Shown here: positions 46,244 to 55,580 of the stretch, piece by piece
Position numbering within the stretch: the stretch's first letter is position 1
How the letters are laid out: each line of letters starts with the position of its first letter
Program-made: the position numbers and the translations under genes
Notes under the pieces: generated by a model
Seen by the model: the letters and a program-made list of their open reading frames with translations, nothing else
Told to the model about the DNA's origin: nothing
The model's database searches: none
From: Candidatus Iainarchaeum sp.
Lineage (GTDB): Archaea; Iainarchaeota; Iainarchaeia; Iainarchaeales; 1-14-0-10-31-34
DNA length: 64,000 nucleotides
Direction of reading: 5' to 3'
Assembly (NCBI GenBank): GCA_040755695.1
Contig: JBFMAK010000001.1
Coordinates: 384,637 to 448,636, forward strand

Positions 46244-47525
46244 TCTGCTCTCCCCCTCTCTTTGCCTGCTTAATCCTTCTCCTAATCTTTTGCTTCCTAA
46301 ACTTGTGCGGAATCATTTTATTGAATACGTCATCTATTGTAATTACCCCGGCAAGTTTTCCTTCAGCATCAGTTACAGGCAGGGAAAGCAGCCTGTACTT
46401 GCTGAAAATCTTTGCAACTTCTTCAAATTTTGAATTAGTGTGAACGCTGATAATTTTGTCGTTCATCAATTCAAATGCCTTCCTTGAAGGCTTTGCAATG
46501 ACAAGATTCCTTAAAGGCAGAACGCCAAGCAATTTCTCCCTTTCATCCACAACATAAATATGGGAGAACTCCTGGGGCTCACGGACAGTCCTCCTGACGT
46601 GGTCTAACACCTCTTTTACACTAAAATTCTTGGGCACAACAACAAAATTGAAGGTCATAATTTTTCCTGCAGACTTTCTGGGCATTTCAAGCATTTTCCT
46701 TATTTCCCTTTGTGAGCCCTCATCAAGCATGCCGAGAATTTCATTCCCTTTCTCCCTTGAAACAAAGCCGAAGAACTGGACTATTTCATCAGCCTCCATT
46801 TCCTGCACAATCTTTGCAATATTATGAGGCTTCATTTCATGGACAACAGATTTCAACACCTCAGGCTTTGACTCTGCAAGAGTGTCTGCTGCAATGCTTT
46901 CATCCAGAGAATTAAAAACCAAAGCCCTTTCCCTGTGGGACAGTTCAGTAAGAAAATCAGCGATGTCTGCAGGATGGCTCTTTGAAATCTTCGCCCTAGA
47001 AATATTCAATTGAAGGTTCTGTGAAGGAGTAACATTCAAAGGCTGGACATTGCCCCAAGGCAGAATTTTTTCACTCATCCTGTAAGTTAAAGGCAAAAAC
47101 AGTTTCTCCAAACCAAGGCGCCTCAAGATCGCCCTGTTGCCTATGTCAACGCTTGAAACGCAAAGCTTCCCCCCGACCTTGGAAAGGATTACATCATTCA
47201 CCCTCACAACCTTTAAGCCGTCAACATCAATTAATTGCTTGTCCAAAAGAATCTCAGAAACCAGAAGGTCTGAGTCATTCAGAGCCTCAAAGTCTATTTC
47301 ATTCAATGGCTTGTTCAAATAAATGCAGTACTCTATTGATTCAATGAATCTCCAGTTAACCTTCATTTTTTTGCCGTTTGTCTTTACAGCAAGCGCAATC
47401 ACCTCAGCCAATTCCTGCCCGTCAGCAATAACCAGGTCATTTAATACTCCAAGCTTTTTTTCATTGCAGTCAAAAACAGTCTTTCCCTGCAGGTGACTGA
47501 AATAAATCGCTTTAGGCATTCCCAT
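46236..47525 (-). CDS. PRC-barrel/MgtE-N/CBS domain protein (NRAMP partner)
   Basis: LDKQLIDVDG.KVVRVND, HPADIAD, CBS pair ending in GVITIDD. Confidence 0.88.
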   Translation of the reverse strand: MGMPKAIYFSHLQGKTVFDCNEKKLGVLNDLVIADGQELAEVIALAVKTNGKKMKVNWRFIESIEYCIYLNKPLNEIDFEALNDSDLLVSEILLDKQLIDVDGLKVVRVNDVILSKVGGKLCVSSVDIGNRAILRRLGLEKLFLPLTYRMSEKILPWGNVQPLNVTPSQNLQLNISRAKISKSHPADIADFLTELSHRERALVFNSLDESIAADTLAESKPEVLKSVVHEMKPHNIAKIVQEMEADEIVQFFGFVSREKGNEILGMLDEGSQREIRKMLEMPRKSAGKIMTFNFVVVPKNFSVKEVLDHVRRTVREPQEFSHIYVVDEREKLLGVLPLRNLVIAKPSRKAFELMNDKIISVHTNSKFEEVAKIFSKYRLLSLPVTDAEGKLAGVITIDDVFNKMIPHKFRKQKIRRRIKQAKRGGEQIA

Positions 47526-47593
47526 CACAAAAAACAAAAAACTTGAACCAAAAAAATAAGGTGGAAGAATTATTTAATGCTTTCCCTCTGCCC

Positions 47594-47646
47594 CTTTCTC
47601 TTTTTAAAAAAAAGAGAAAGTGGTAAGTTGCCCCAAAGAGAAAAAG
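47594..47646 (+). repeat. Y-R-R triplex-type repeat, copy G (isolated, intergenic)
   Basis: CTTTCTCTTTTT / AAAAAAAAGAGAAAG / TGGTAAGTTGCCCC / AAAGAGAAAAAG; same 5' flank and loop as copy F. Confidence 0.85.
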
Positions 47647-47690
47647 AAAGGTTTAAATTTAAAGCAAAACACATATATCATAAATTAAAA

Positions 47691-48257
47691 ATGGATAAAA
47701 GGTTTTCTTATAAACATAGAAAAAAAGGAAATGTTGTAAGGCCCATAATCCCGATTAAAGTTGCCGGAAAGGGATTTAGGCCGGAATGGCTTATAGGGCA
47801 AGGGAGAATTGATTTAGGGAGGAGAAAATGGAAAAACCAAAGAATTAGGCTTGGACTTAAGAGAAGGAGCTTCGACCCCAAAGAAAGAATTATTATAAGT
47901 AGGGGTAGAAGAATAACCACGACAAGAAGGCTCCTCGGGCACATGGAAAGAATCGAAAGAATTCAGGCTGAAATAGCAGAAGCAAACAGAAAACATTTTT
48001 TTGAAAAGTTTGACCTCACAGTGGATGACTTGAAAACGAGAAAAAATAAAATTCCTAATTTTTCATTAAATGATGCAATTGAGGAATCAAAAAAATGCAT
48101 AGGGCTTTCAGAGAAAGCCTTAATAGTTGCAAAAGCAAAAAACGACAAAATATTAAAGAGGGACGCCAAAATCAGGTTAAGGCAAGCAAAGAAAGCCCTC
48201 AAGCATGCCATGAAAATATTAAATCAGAGAAAAGGGCAGGCAAAGAAAGCGGGCTGA
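47691..48257 (+). CDS. Highly basic hypothetical protein
   Basis: Start trimmed to MDKRFS because the ORF-track extension translates repeat G; Arg/Lys-rich. Confidence 0.6.
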   Translation: MDKRFSYKHRKKGNVVRPIIPIKVAGKGFRPEWLIGQGRIDLGRRKWKNQRIRLGLKRRSFDPKERIIISRGRRITTTRRLLGHMERIERIQAEIAEANRKHFFEKFDLTVDDLKTRKNKIPNFSLNDAIEESKKCIGLSEKALIVAKAKNDKILKRDAKIRLRQAKKALKHAMKILNQRKGQAKKAG

Positions 48258-48376
48258 TTTTCGTATACATTCATGCCCATCAAAAAGGTTTATAAACATT
48301 TATATCCATCAATAAATATACTGTTTTTATTTTAAACAAAAAAATTAATTGAGATAAAATTAAGGAGGTATAAATT

Positions 48377-50035
48377 ATGGCTCAGGCAGACCAGATGGCG
48401 CAACAGCCGGTAATCTTCTTAACAGAAGGAACAAAGAGGACAAGAGGCAGGGACGCGCAAAGAATAAACATTCTAATTGCAAAGGCAGTAGCCAATGCAG
48501 TTAAATCCACTTTAGGCCCAAAAGGAATGGACAAAATGATTGTGGACGAATTAGGTGATGTCACAATCTCCAATGACGGGGCAACTATATTGGATGAAAT
48601 GAGCATCGACCATCCAGTAGGAAAAATGCTTGTTGAGGTAGCAAAAACACAAGACAACGAAGTAGGAGACGGAACAACTACTGTGGTGGTAATAGCAGGA
48701 GGCTTACTGCAGAAGGCAGAAAGAATGCTTGATGATGACATCCACCCAAGCATTATAATTAATGGATACAGGATGGCAGCAAAGAAAGCAAAAGAATTAT
48801 TCGAACAAGTTGCTGACCCTGTAACGTTCAAAGACTTTAAGACTTTGAAGGATATTGCAATGACTTCAATGACAGGCAAGGCAGCAGAAGCCTGCGCTGA
48901 ATTGGCTGATTTAGTCATAGATGCAATAAAGACTGTTGCAACAGAAGAGAACGGCAAGACAGTTATAGACAGGGACTCAATAAAACTAGAGAAAAAAGAA
49001 GGCGGAAGCTTGGCTGAATCACAATTAATTAAAGGACTAGTAATAGATAAGGAGGTTGTCTCTGAATCAATGCCACAAAAAACAGAGAACGCAAAAATTG
49101 CATTAATTGACGCAGCATTAGAAATAAAAGAAACAGAGACAGAGGCAAAAATTCAGATTACCTCCCCAGACCAATTGCAGGCATTCCTAGACCAAGAGGA
49201 AGGAATGCTGAAAGGAATGGTAGAAAAAATAAAGAAGTCAGGCGCAAATGTTGTGTTATGCCAGAAAGGAATAGATGACTTGGCACAGCATTTCCTTGCA
49301 AAAGAAGGCATTCTTGCAGCAAGAAGAGTGAAGAAATCTGACATGGACTTATTGGCTAAAGCAACAGGCGGAAAGGTTATCTCAAGAATTGACGACATAA
49401 GCAAAGCAGACCTAGGCTTTGCTGAAAGGGTTGTAAGCAAAAAGATTGCAACAGAAGACATGCTCTTCATTGAAGGATGCAAGAACCCCAAAGCAGTCAC
49501 AATATTCATCAGGGGAGGCTCAGAGCATGTAATAGACGAAGCAGAAAGGGCAGTAAATGACGCATTAGGATCAGTAATTGCCTCAATAAAGAACGGAAAA
49601 GTTGTTTCAGGAGGAGGCTCTTCAGACATTGACGTTGCAATAAAGCTCAGAGAATACAGCAAGACAATTGGAGGCAGAGAGCAGTTGGCAATAGAAGCAT
49701 TCGCTGACACTTTAGAGATAATCCCAAGAACTTTAGCTGAAACAGCAGGAATGGACCCAATTGATACATTAGTGAGTTTGAGGGCAGCCCACGCAAAAAA
49801 GGACGGCAAATACATTGGAGTTAACGTCTACAAGGCGCAGTTGACCAACATGAAGGAAGGCAAAGTAATAGAGCCTTTGAGCGTGAAAACACAGGCAATA
49901 ACCTCAGCCTCAGAGGTAACAGAAATGATCCTGAGAATAGACGACATAATTGCAGGCCAAAGCAAAGGCCCTTCAATGCCACCAGGCGGAGGAATGCCGC
50001 CAGGCATGGGCGGAATGGGCGGAGAAGAATACTAA
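48377..50035 (+). CDS. ths: Thermosome subunit (group II chaperonin)
   Basis: [26 protein letters not shown]-rich tail. Confidence 0.98.
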   Translation: MAQADQMAQQPVIFLTEGTKRTRGRDAQRINILIAKAVANAVKSTLGPKGMDKMIVDELGDVTISNDGATILDEMSIDHPVGKMLVEVAKTQDNEVGDGTTTVVVIAGGLLQKAERMLDDDIHPSIIINGYRMAAKKAKELFEQVADPVTFKDFKTLKDIAMTSMTGKAAEACAELADLVIDAIKTVATEENGKTVIDRDSIKLEKKEGGSLAESQLIKGLVIDKEVVSESMPQKTENAKIALIDAALEIKETETEAKIQITSPDQLQAFLDQEEGMLKGMVEKIKKSGANVVLCQKGIDDLAQHFLAKEGILAARRVKKSDMDLLAKATGGKVISRIDDISKADLGFAERVVSKKIATEDMLFIEGCKNPKAVTIFIRGGSEHVIDEAERAVNDALGSVIASIKNGKVVSGGGSSDIDVAIKLREYSKTIGGREQLAIEAFADTLEIIPRTLAETAGMDPIDTLVSLRAAHAKKDGKYIGVNVYKAQLTNMKEGKVIEPLSVKTQAITSASEVTEMILRIDDIIAGQSKGPSMPPGGGMPPGMGGMGGEEY

Positions 50036-50065
50036 AATTCTTCTCTTCTTTTTTTATTTTTTTTA

Positions 50066-51178
50066 TTAGACCCTGCACGTCTTGCATTTCTTTCTTACTC
50101 TTTTTCTGGCGATTTGCATTGCAATGTCTCTGGGTTTCTTTCCCTCTTTCTTTGAGTGCTTTAGGATGATGGAGACATTCTTTTTTATCTTTTTTTCAAC
50201 CATTCTGAACATTTTATGTTCATTTCCGTCAACGAATTCAGCGTAAGAGCTTATTACGCCCCCGGCATTAGCAATAATGTCAGGCACTACAAGCACATTC
50301 CTTTCATGCAATACCTGTTCTGTTTCAGGTGCAATAGGAATGTTTGAGCCTTCAACAATCAGTTTGACTTTTACAGCATCCACATTATTGAAGTTTATTA
50401 CATTAGGCACTGCAGCAGTAATTATGACGTCAACAGGCAGCTCAAATAATTCGTAATTGTACAGTTTTTTTGTTGTTGGGCCGGAATAATGCACTACAGA
50501 GCATTTCTCTTTTACTGCATTCATTAATCCTTCAAATGAAAGCCCTTGAGGGTTATAAACGCAACCTTCAATGTCTGACACTGCAACAATTCTTGCCCCA
50601 TGCTCTGAAAGAAATTTTGCAGTAAAAGAGCCTACATTACCGAATCCTTCGACTGCAATCCTTGCATTCCTTAAATTCAATCCAATGGATTTTGCTGCAA
50701 CTACTGTTGCATGAAAGACTCCAAATCCTGTACTTCCCAATTCGTGCGGCAGCCCTCCAAGCTTTCTTGATTTTCCTGTTGCTGCCTTCATTGAACCAAT
50801 TGTTTTTGCAATTAAGTCCATTTCTTTTTCGCCAGTATTCATGTCAGGTGCAGGAACATATTTTTGGGGAACAAATTCCCTTATTGCTTGGGCAAAAGCC
50901 TTGGTGAATTCGCTTTTTTTTTCGCAGGACATTTTCCTCGGGTCTGCCTTTATCCCGGCTTTTGCTCCGCCAAAAGGAAGGTCTGCCAAAGCGCACTTCC
51001 AGGTCATTGTCCTTGCGAGCTTAAATACTTCCTCCAAGGAAACATCTGGCGTCATCCTTATCCCGCCTTTTCCTGGCCCCAAGGCAGTATTGTCTATTAC
51101 AATGAAGCCGTGCATTCCGAGTTTTGGGTGGTATACTTCAATGACCTTTTCAGGGCCGAATTCATCAAACTCAATCAT
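50066..51178 (-). CDS. Glu/Leu/Phe/Val dehydrogenase
   Basis: GPGKGGIR, MTWKC, GGAKAG, PAPDM, GFGNVG, PDIIANAGGV. Confidence 0.92.
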   Translation of the reverse strand: MIEFDEFGPEKVIEVYHPKLGMHGFIVIDNTALGPGKGGIRMTPDVSLEEVFKLARTMTWKCALADLPFGGAKAGIKADPRKMSCEKKSEFTKAFAQAIREFVPQKYVPAPDMNTGEKEMDLIAKTIGSMKAATGKSRKLGGLPHELGSTGFGVFHATVVAAKSIGLNLRNARIAVEGFGNVGSFTAKFLSEHGARIVAVSDIEGCVYNPQGLSFEGLMNAVKEKCSVVHYSGPTTKKLYNYELFELPVDVIITAAVPNVINFNNVDAVKVKLIVEGSNIPIAPETEQVLHERNVLVVPDIIANAGGVISSYAEFVDGNEHKMFRMVEKKIKKNVSIILKHSKKEGKKPRDIAMQIARKRVRKKCKTCRV

Positions 51179-51184
51179 TTTTTT

Positions 51185-52096
51185 TTACCTCTTTGAGAGA
51201 AAATCAAAAGCGCTTAAGGCTGCCTTGCAGCCTTCTGCTGCAGCAATAATTATTTGTTTTCTTCTGACACTGGTTACATCGCCTGCAGCGAAGATTCCTT
51301 CAATATTAGTCCTTCCCTCTGAGTCCACAATTATTTCCTTGAATTCGTTCTTCTTCAATTCAGTTCCTTGAACTTCAATGTCAGAATTTGGCTCTGATCC
51401 TATTTCAATGAATGCCCCTTGAACTGCAATCCTTTTCTCTGAGTTTTTTATTTTGACCTTTATTCCTTCAAGGAAATCTTTGCCTAAAAATTCTGTTGTC
51501 TTGGCTTCATACAGTATTTCAACATTTTTTTCTTTCCTTAATTTTTCAATTAATACCTGTTCTCCCTGCAATTCCTTGTTTATTGTTATAATAAAGATTT
51601 TTTTTGCAATGTTAAGCAATTGCATTGTTGCATGCAAGGCTCCATTGCCGCCCCCAATTACTGCAACAGCCTTGCCTGAAAACAAGGGGGCATCACAGGT
51701 AGCACAATAAGTGACACCTTTGTGAATGAATTTTTCTTCTCCAGGAACATTCAATTTTCTCGGAGTCCTACCTGAAGCAATTATTATAATCTTTCCTTCA
51801 TGGGAGCCTGAATTGGTTGAAATTACAAAGTTTTTTTGCTTTCTTTCAATTTTGCTTGCTGTTTCGCCCAGCTTTATTTCCACTCCCCTGTTATGTACTT
51901 GGTCGAAGAATTTCTGCAGTAACTCAATTCCAAATACTGCCTCATAGCCCAAATAGTTTTCAATCATGTAGCTTTTGCCCATCTGTCCTCCCATCTCTGA
52001 AGCCAGAATCAATGTCTTCAAGTTCTGCCTTGAAGAATAAAGGCCTGCGTTAAGGCCTGCAGGCCCAGAACCAATAATTATAATGTCATAAATCAT
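51185..52096 (-). CDS. trxB: Thioredoxin reductase
   Basis: GSGPAG, CATCD, GGGN, FAAGDV. Confidence 0.92.
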   Translation of the reverse strand: MIYDIIIIGSGPAGLNAGLYSSRQNLKTLILASEMGGQMGKSYMIENYLGYEAVFGIELLQKFFDQVHNRGVEIKLGETASKIERKQKNFVISTNSGSHEGKIIIIASGRTPRKLNVPGEEKFIHKGVTYCATCDAPLFSGKAVAVIGGGNGALHATMQLLNIAKKIFIITINKELQGEQVLIEKLRKEKNVEILYEAKTTEFLGKDFLEGIKVKIKNSEKRIAVQGAFIEIGSEPNSDIEVQGTELKKNEFKEIIVDSEGRTNIEGIFAAGDVTSVRRKQIIIAAAEGCKAALSAFDFLSKR

Positions 52097-52256
52097 AAAA
52101 TTCACTTTAATTAAGCCAAAAAATGCTTTTCCTAAAGGCAAATACCTATTAATTTACGTAATGTTTTTAAACACTTTTAAAGCCAATTAATATAACAAAA
52201 ATGATTAATTATACATAATTTCGTTTTATTTTTGTCAATTGAAGAGGAGGAATAAA

Positions 52257-52991
52257 ATGGACAACATCAAACTTCTTTCAATAACATTGATAGTAGCAAG
52301 CCTAATTCTAGCAGGAACAATGCTTTACGTTGGAAACAACCTGAACACAAAGCTCACAGGACTTGCAGCACTTTCAGCCCAGCCTCAAAACACAGACCAA
52401 ACACAGCCACAACAGCAACAGCCTACACAAGTGCAGCCAACCCAGCCAACGCAAAACAATAACGGGAAAATCACATTAAAGAACTCCAACCCGCCAACAA
52501 CAGGCCAGGCAAACGCTAAAGTCACAATAATTGAGTTCTCTGATTTTCAGTGCCCTTACTGCGCAAGATTCGTGACAGACACTTATCCTCAAATCAAACA
52601 GCAGTACATTGACACAGGGAAGGCGAAGTTAATATTCATGCAGTTTCCTTTGAGCTTCCACCAGTATGCCCAAAAGGCAGCAGAGGCAGCATACTGCGCT
52701 TTCGAGCAAGGAAAATTCTGGGAATACCATGACAAATTGTTTGCAAACCAGTCAAATCTTGATGTTACCTCGCTGAAGAAATATGCTACAGACCTAAAGC
52801 TTGACACAGCAAAATTCAATTCATGCCTTGACACCTCAAAGTATGCCAGCCAAGTGCAGTCAGACCTAACAGAAGGAACTTCTTTAGGGGTGAATGGAAC
52901 GCCCGCCTTCTTCGTGAACGGCAAGCTCATAAGCGGGGCACAGCCTTTCTCAGTCTTCCAGCAGGCAATAGACGCAGCACTAGCAAGCTGA
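52257..52991 (+). CDS. DsbA family oxidoreductase
   Basis: EFSDFQCPYC, GVNGTPAFFVNG; N-terminal TM and Gln/Pro/Thr linker. Confidence 0.92.
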   Translation: MDNIKLLSITLIVASLILAGTMLYVGNNLNTKLTGLAALSAQPQNTDQTQPQQQQPTQVQPTQPTQNNNGKITLKNSNPPTTGQANAKVTIIEFSDFQCPYCARFVTDTYPQIKQQYIDTGKAKLIFMQFPLSFHQYAQKAAEAAYCAFEQGKFWEYHDKLFANQSNLDVTSLKKYATDLKLDTAKFNSCLDTSKYASQVQSDLTEGTSLGVNGTPAFFVNGKLISGAQPFSVFQQAIDAALAS

Positions 52992-53106
52992 ATTTTTCCT
53001 TCTAATTCTTTTTTTTCTTTTATTTTTTGATTTTTCCTCTATTTTTCCAACCAAAAAATTAATAATACAATGCACTGCATTAAATTTGTTTTGAAGGTGC
53101 AATCAA

Positions 53107-53613
53107 ATGAAAGAAGAATTGAATGAATTCAAGTACAAGCTGAATAAAGCCAAAGGCCTGCCTGAAGTGTTTGATTTAGTGAAGGAAAGCGTTGAAAAAT
53201 TCCTTGGAAAAAGCAGGACAGGCTTAATGTTAGGATTGAGTGAAATGCCTGCAGACAGATTCCAGCTTCTAGGGGGCTTTTTTGTTTCAGGCACAAACCT
53301 TATTGTATTAAACAAGGCTCCATTGAATAAAATAAAGGAATCAAAGCCTGAATTATTCAACCCTTACTGCTATCACCTTTTGCTTCACGAGTACTTGCAT
53401 TCATTAGGCTTTGAGGGCGAGGAAATAGTTAGAAGGCTGTGCTATGAGATTTCAAGCAAAAGCTTTGGCGAAGGCCATTTAGCAACCCAGCTCTCAAAAG
53501 ACTGGAGCAAATTCTTCCCCAACCTAATTTACACTCACAACATCAGAGCAAACGCAGGCGAAATCGAATTAGTGGAAGGATTCGACGCAAACAGCATAAA
53601 TTATGTCACTTGA
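53107..53613 (+). CDS. Hypothetical protein with HExxH motif
   Basis: LLHEYLHSLG. Confidence 0.7.
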   Translation: MKEELNEFKYKLNKAKGLPEVFDLVKESVEKFLGKSRTGLMLGLSEMPADRFQLLGGFFVSGTNLIVLNKAPLNKIKESKPELFNPYCYHLLLHEYLHSLGFEGEEIVRRLCYEISSKSFGEGHLATQLSKDWSKFFPNLIYTHNIRANAGEIELVEGFDANSINYVT

Positions 53614-53723
53614 ATTTTCTCGATTTATGTTCTCTTTTGAATTCCTTGGCTTTAACTGAACAGAACATTTTGTCAATAAGCTCTTTACTGTTTTTGTTTT
53701 TAATTGAATCCATAAAATTGCCC

Positions 53724-55025
53724 TTACAATAAAAGCCATTTCCACAAAGGCGTAAATTTAATTTTTTTTCCTTTTATTTTTTCTTCTGCTTCATAGTCTT
53801 TGGTTATGCACAGAAGATTATTGCATTTCAATTCTTTACTTGCTTTAATTAAAGTTCTAATTTCTCTTTTTTTAACGTCGGTATCTCCAAGATCGTAACA
53901 AACCTGAATTAACTGTTTAATTTTTATATTTTCTTTAACCACAAAATCTATTTCTTCATGCAGGTCGTTTTTCCAATAATAAATTTCCAACAACGGGTTT
54001 TTGGCTTTCTTTCTCATAAGTTCAATTGCAACCTGATTTTCATAAAGCCTCCCGTAATCTTTTGAAAACCTTAAAGAAATATTTGTTATGAAAGAATTAT
54101 CTGCAAAATAAACTTTTTTGGGATACCTCATTTGTTCTTTAATTTTATAAGAAAATATGGGAAGAAAAAAACAGAAATAGCTTTCTTCAGCATATTTTGT
54201 ATAATTAATTATTGTTCCCTTCCCTGCTTTTCTTCCTTGTGAACGCAGTACGTTTACTGTTTTGTTTATTGAAAACTCTTTCGTGTTAAGCAAAAACCTC
54301 AAAAAATCGTGAAGGAGGTAAGGTTTCTTAATCCCGTGCCTTTCTGCTATGTCCCTACTTATAATGGTTTTAAAATATTCTTGAACTAATTTTTTCTTAT
54401 TCAAAGTTGATTCTTCTAAAATAACTTCGGGAAATCCACCGCCTTCTAGGTATTCTGCCAATAAATTTTTTAAGATGCTTAATTTTCTTTCATTGTACTC
54501 AAAATTTTTCTCAAATTCTGTTCCTTTGAATCTAATGAATTCTTGAAAGCTGGCGGGGTGTATTTCATAGGTAAGCGCCCTTCCCCTCAGTTCTGTCGGA
54601 ATTTCCCAGCTTGATAATTTTGAGCTTGAACCAGAAACAAAAAAAGCAATATTCCTGTAAGTGTCATATACTCTTCTCAGCCACCTGCCCCACTCAGGCA
54701 TTATTTGTATTTCATCTAAAAAAAGAAAATATTTTTTGTTGCCATTGCCATAAAGCTTAATTAAAGTTGGAATCAAATCTGTGAGATTTTCTTTTATTTT
54801 CTCTATTCTTTCATCTTCAAAATTAATATAGAATATTCTTTCTTTCGAAATTTCTTTTGAAAGCTGCTTTATTAACTGGAACATTATGTAAGTTTTGCCT
54901 GCCCGCCTAATTCCCGTAAAGGTTATTATTTTCCTTATTTTCTTTGGCAGTATTTTTAGGTCTATGTTCCTTTCTTTTAATTTGGGTACCCAAATATCTT
55001 GCCACTCTTTAAATAAAAACTCCAT
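53724..55025 (-). CDS. AAA+ ATPase (AAA_14/DUF4143)
   Basis: GIRRAGKT, FLDEIQ, SGSSSKL, LRGR, GGFPE, EIDFV. Confidence 0.92.
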   Translation of the reverse strand: MEFLFKEWQDIWVPKLKERNIDLKILPKKIRKIITFTGIRRAGKTYIMFQLIKQLSKEISKERIFYINFEDERIEKIKENLTDLIPTLIKLYGNGNKKYFLFLDEIQIMPEWGRWLRRVYDTYRNIAFFVSGSSSKLSSWEIPTELRGRALTYEIHPASFQEFIRFKGTEFEKNFEYNERKLSILKNLLAEYLEGGGFPEVILEESTLNKKKLVQEYFKTIISRDIAERHGIKKPYLLHDFLRFLLNTKEFSINKTVNVLRSQGRKAGKGTIINYTKYAEESYFCFFLPIFSYKIKEQMRYPKKVYFADNSFITNISLRFSKDYGRLYENQVAIELMRKKAKNPLLEIYYWKNDLHEEIDFVVKENIKIKQLIQVCYDLGDTDVKKREIRTLIKASKELKCNNLLCITKDYEAEEKIKGKKIKFTPLWKWLLL

Positions 55026-55209
55026 ATAATACTATTAACTGACCGTATTTATATGCTTTTCGGTCAGTTTATGGTTAAAGTCATCAAACAAAGTATTATG
55101 AAAATTGTTCTATTTTAATAGAACATTTTACACCAAAATGTTTCGTTTAAGTAGAACATTTTTTTTACCCAAGCAAAGTTTTTTATATTAGAAAACACTA
55201 TACTTAGAC

Positions 55210-55503
55210 ATGGGAATAAAATTAATAATATTTGTGTTGGTAGTGCTTGTGGTAATAACATTAGGTATATTCATCTATTATAATGATATAACTGCTGGTT
55301 TGTTTATAACAAAATTATGTGGTGAGAAAGGCTATTCAACAGTTGACAAATGTACTGATAAAGATGGCAAAGTTTATTATGAATTTTGGAATACTTATAA
55401 CCAAACTGCAAAACATCAATATTATGGCCCACAAGGAAATCTTGTTTTAGATTGCAGCAAAGATGTTAGTATGTATAAAAAAACTGATCCTGAAGTTGTA
55501 TAA
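55210..55503 (+). CDS. Small membrane-anchored protein, possibly frameshifted near the 3' end
   Basis: N-terminal TM; an alternative frame continues to 55579. Confidence 0.55.
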   Translation: MGIKLIIFVLVVLVVITLGIFIYYNDITAGLFITKLCGEKGYSTVDKCTDKDGKVYYEFWNTYNQTAKHQYYGPQGNLVLDCSKDVSMYKKTDPEVV

Positions 55504-55580
55504 TAAATGCAACAAGTTTAGATTAGATGCAGAATTAAATTGTGACATTAATCCATTATGTGTAAATTTTAACAAGTAAT

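Noticed and set aside
52991..53050. Long pyrimidine tract (also at 50037-50065) as a further triplex copy
   Set aside because: No complementary or mirror purine tracts; consistent with ordinary oligo-T terminators.
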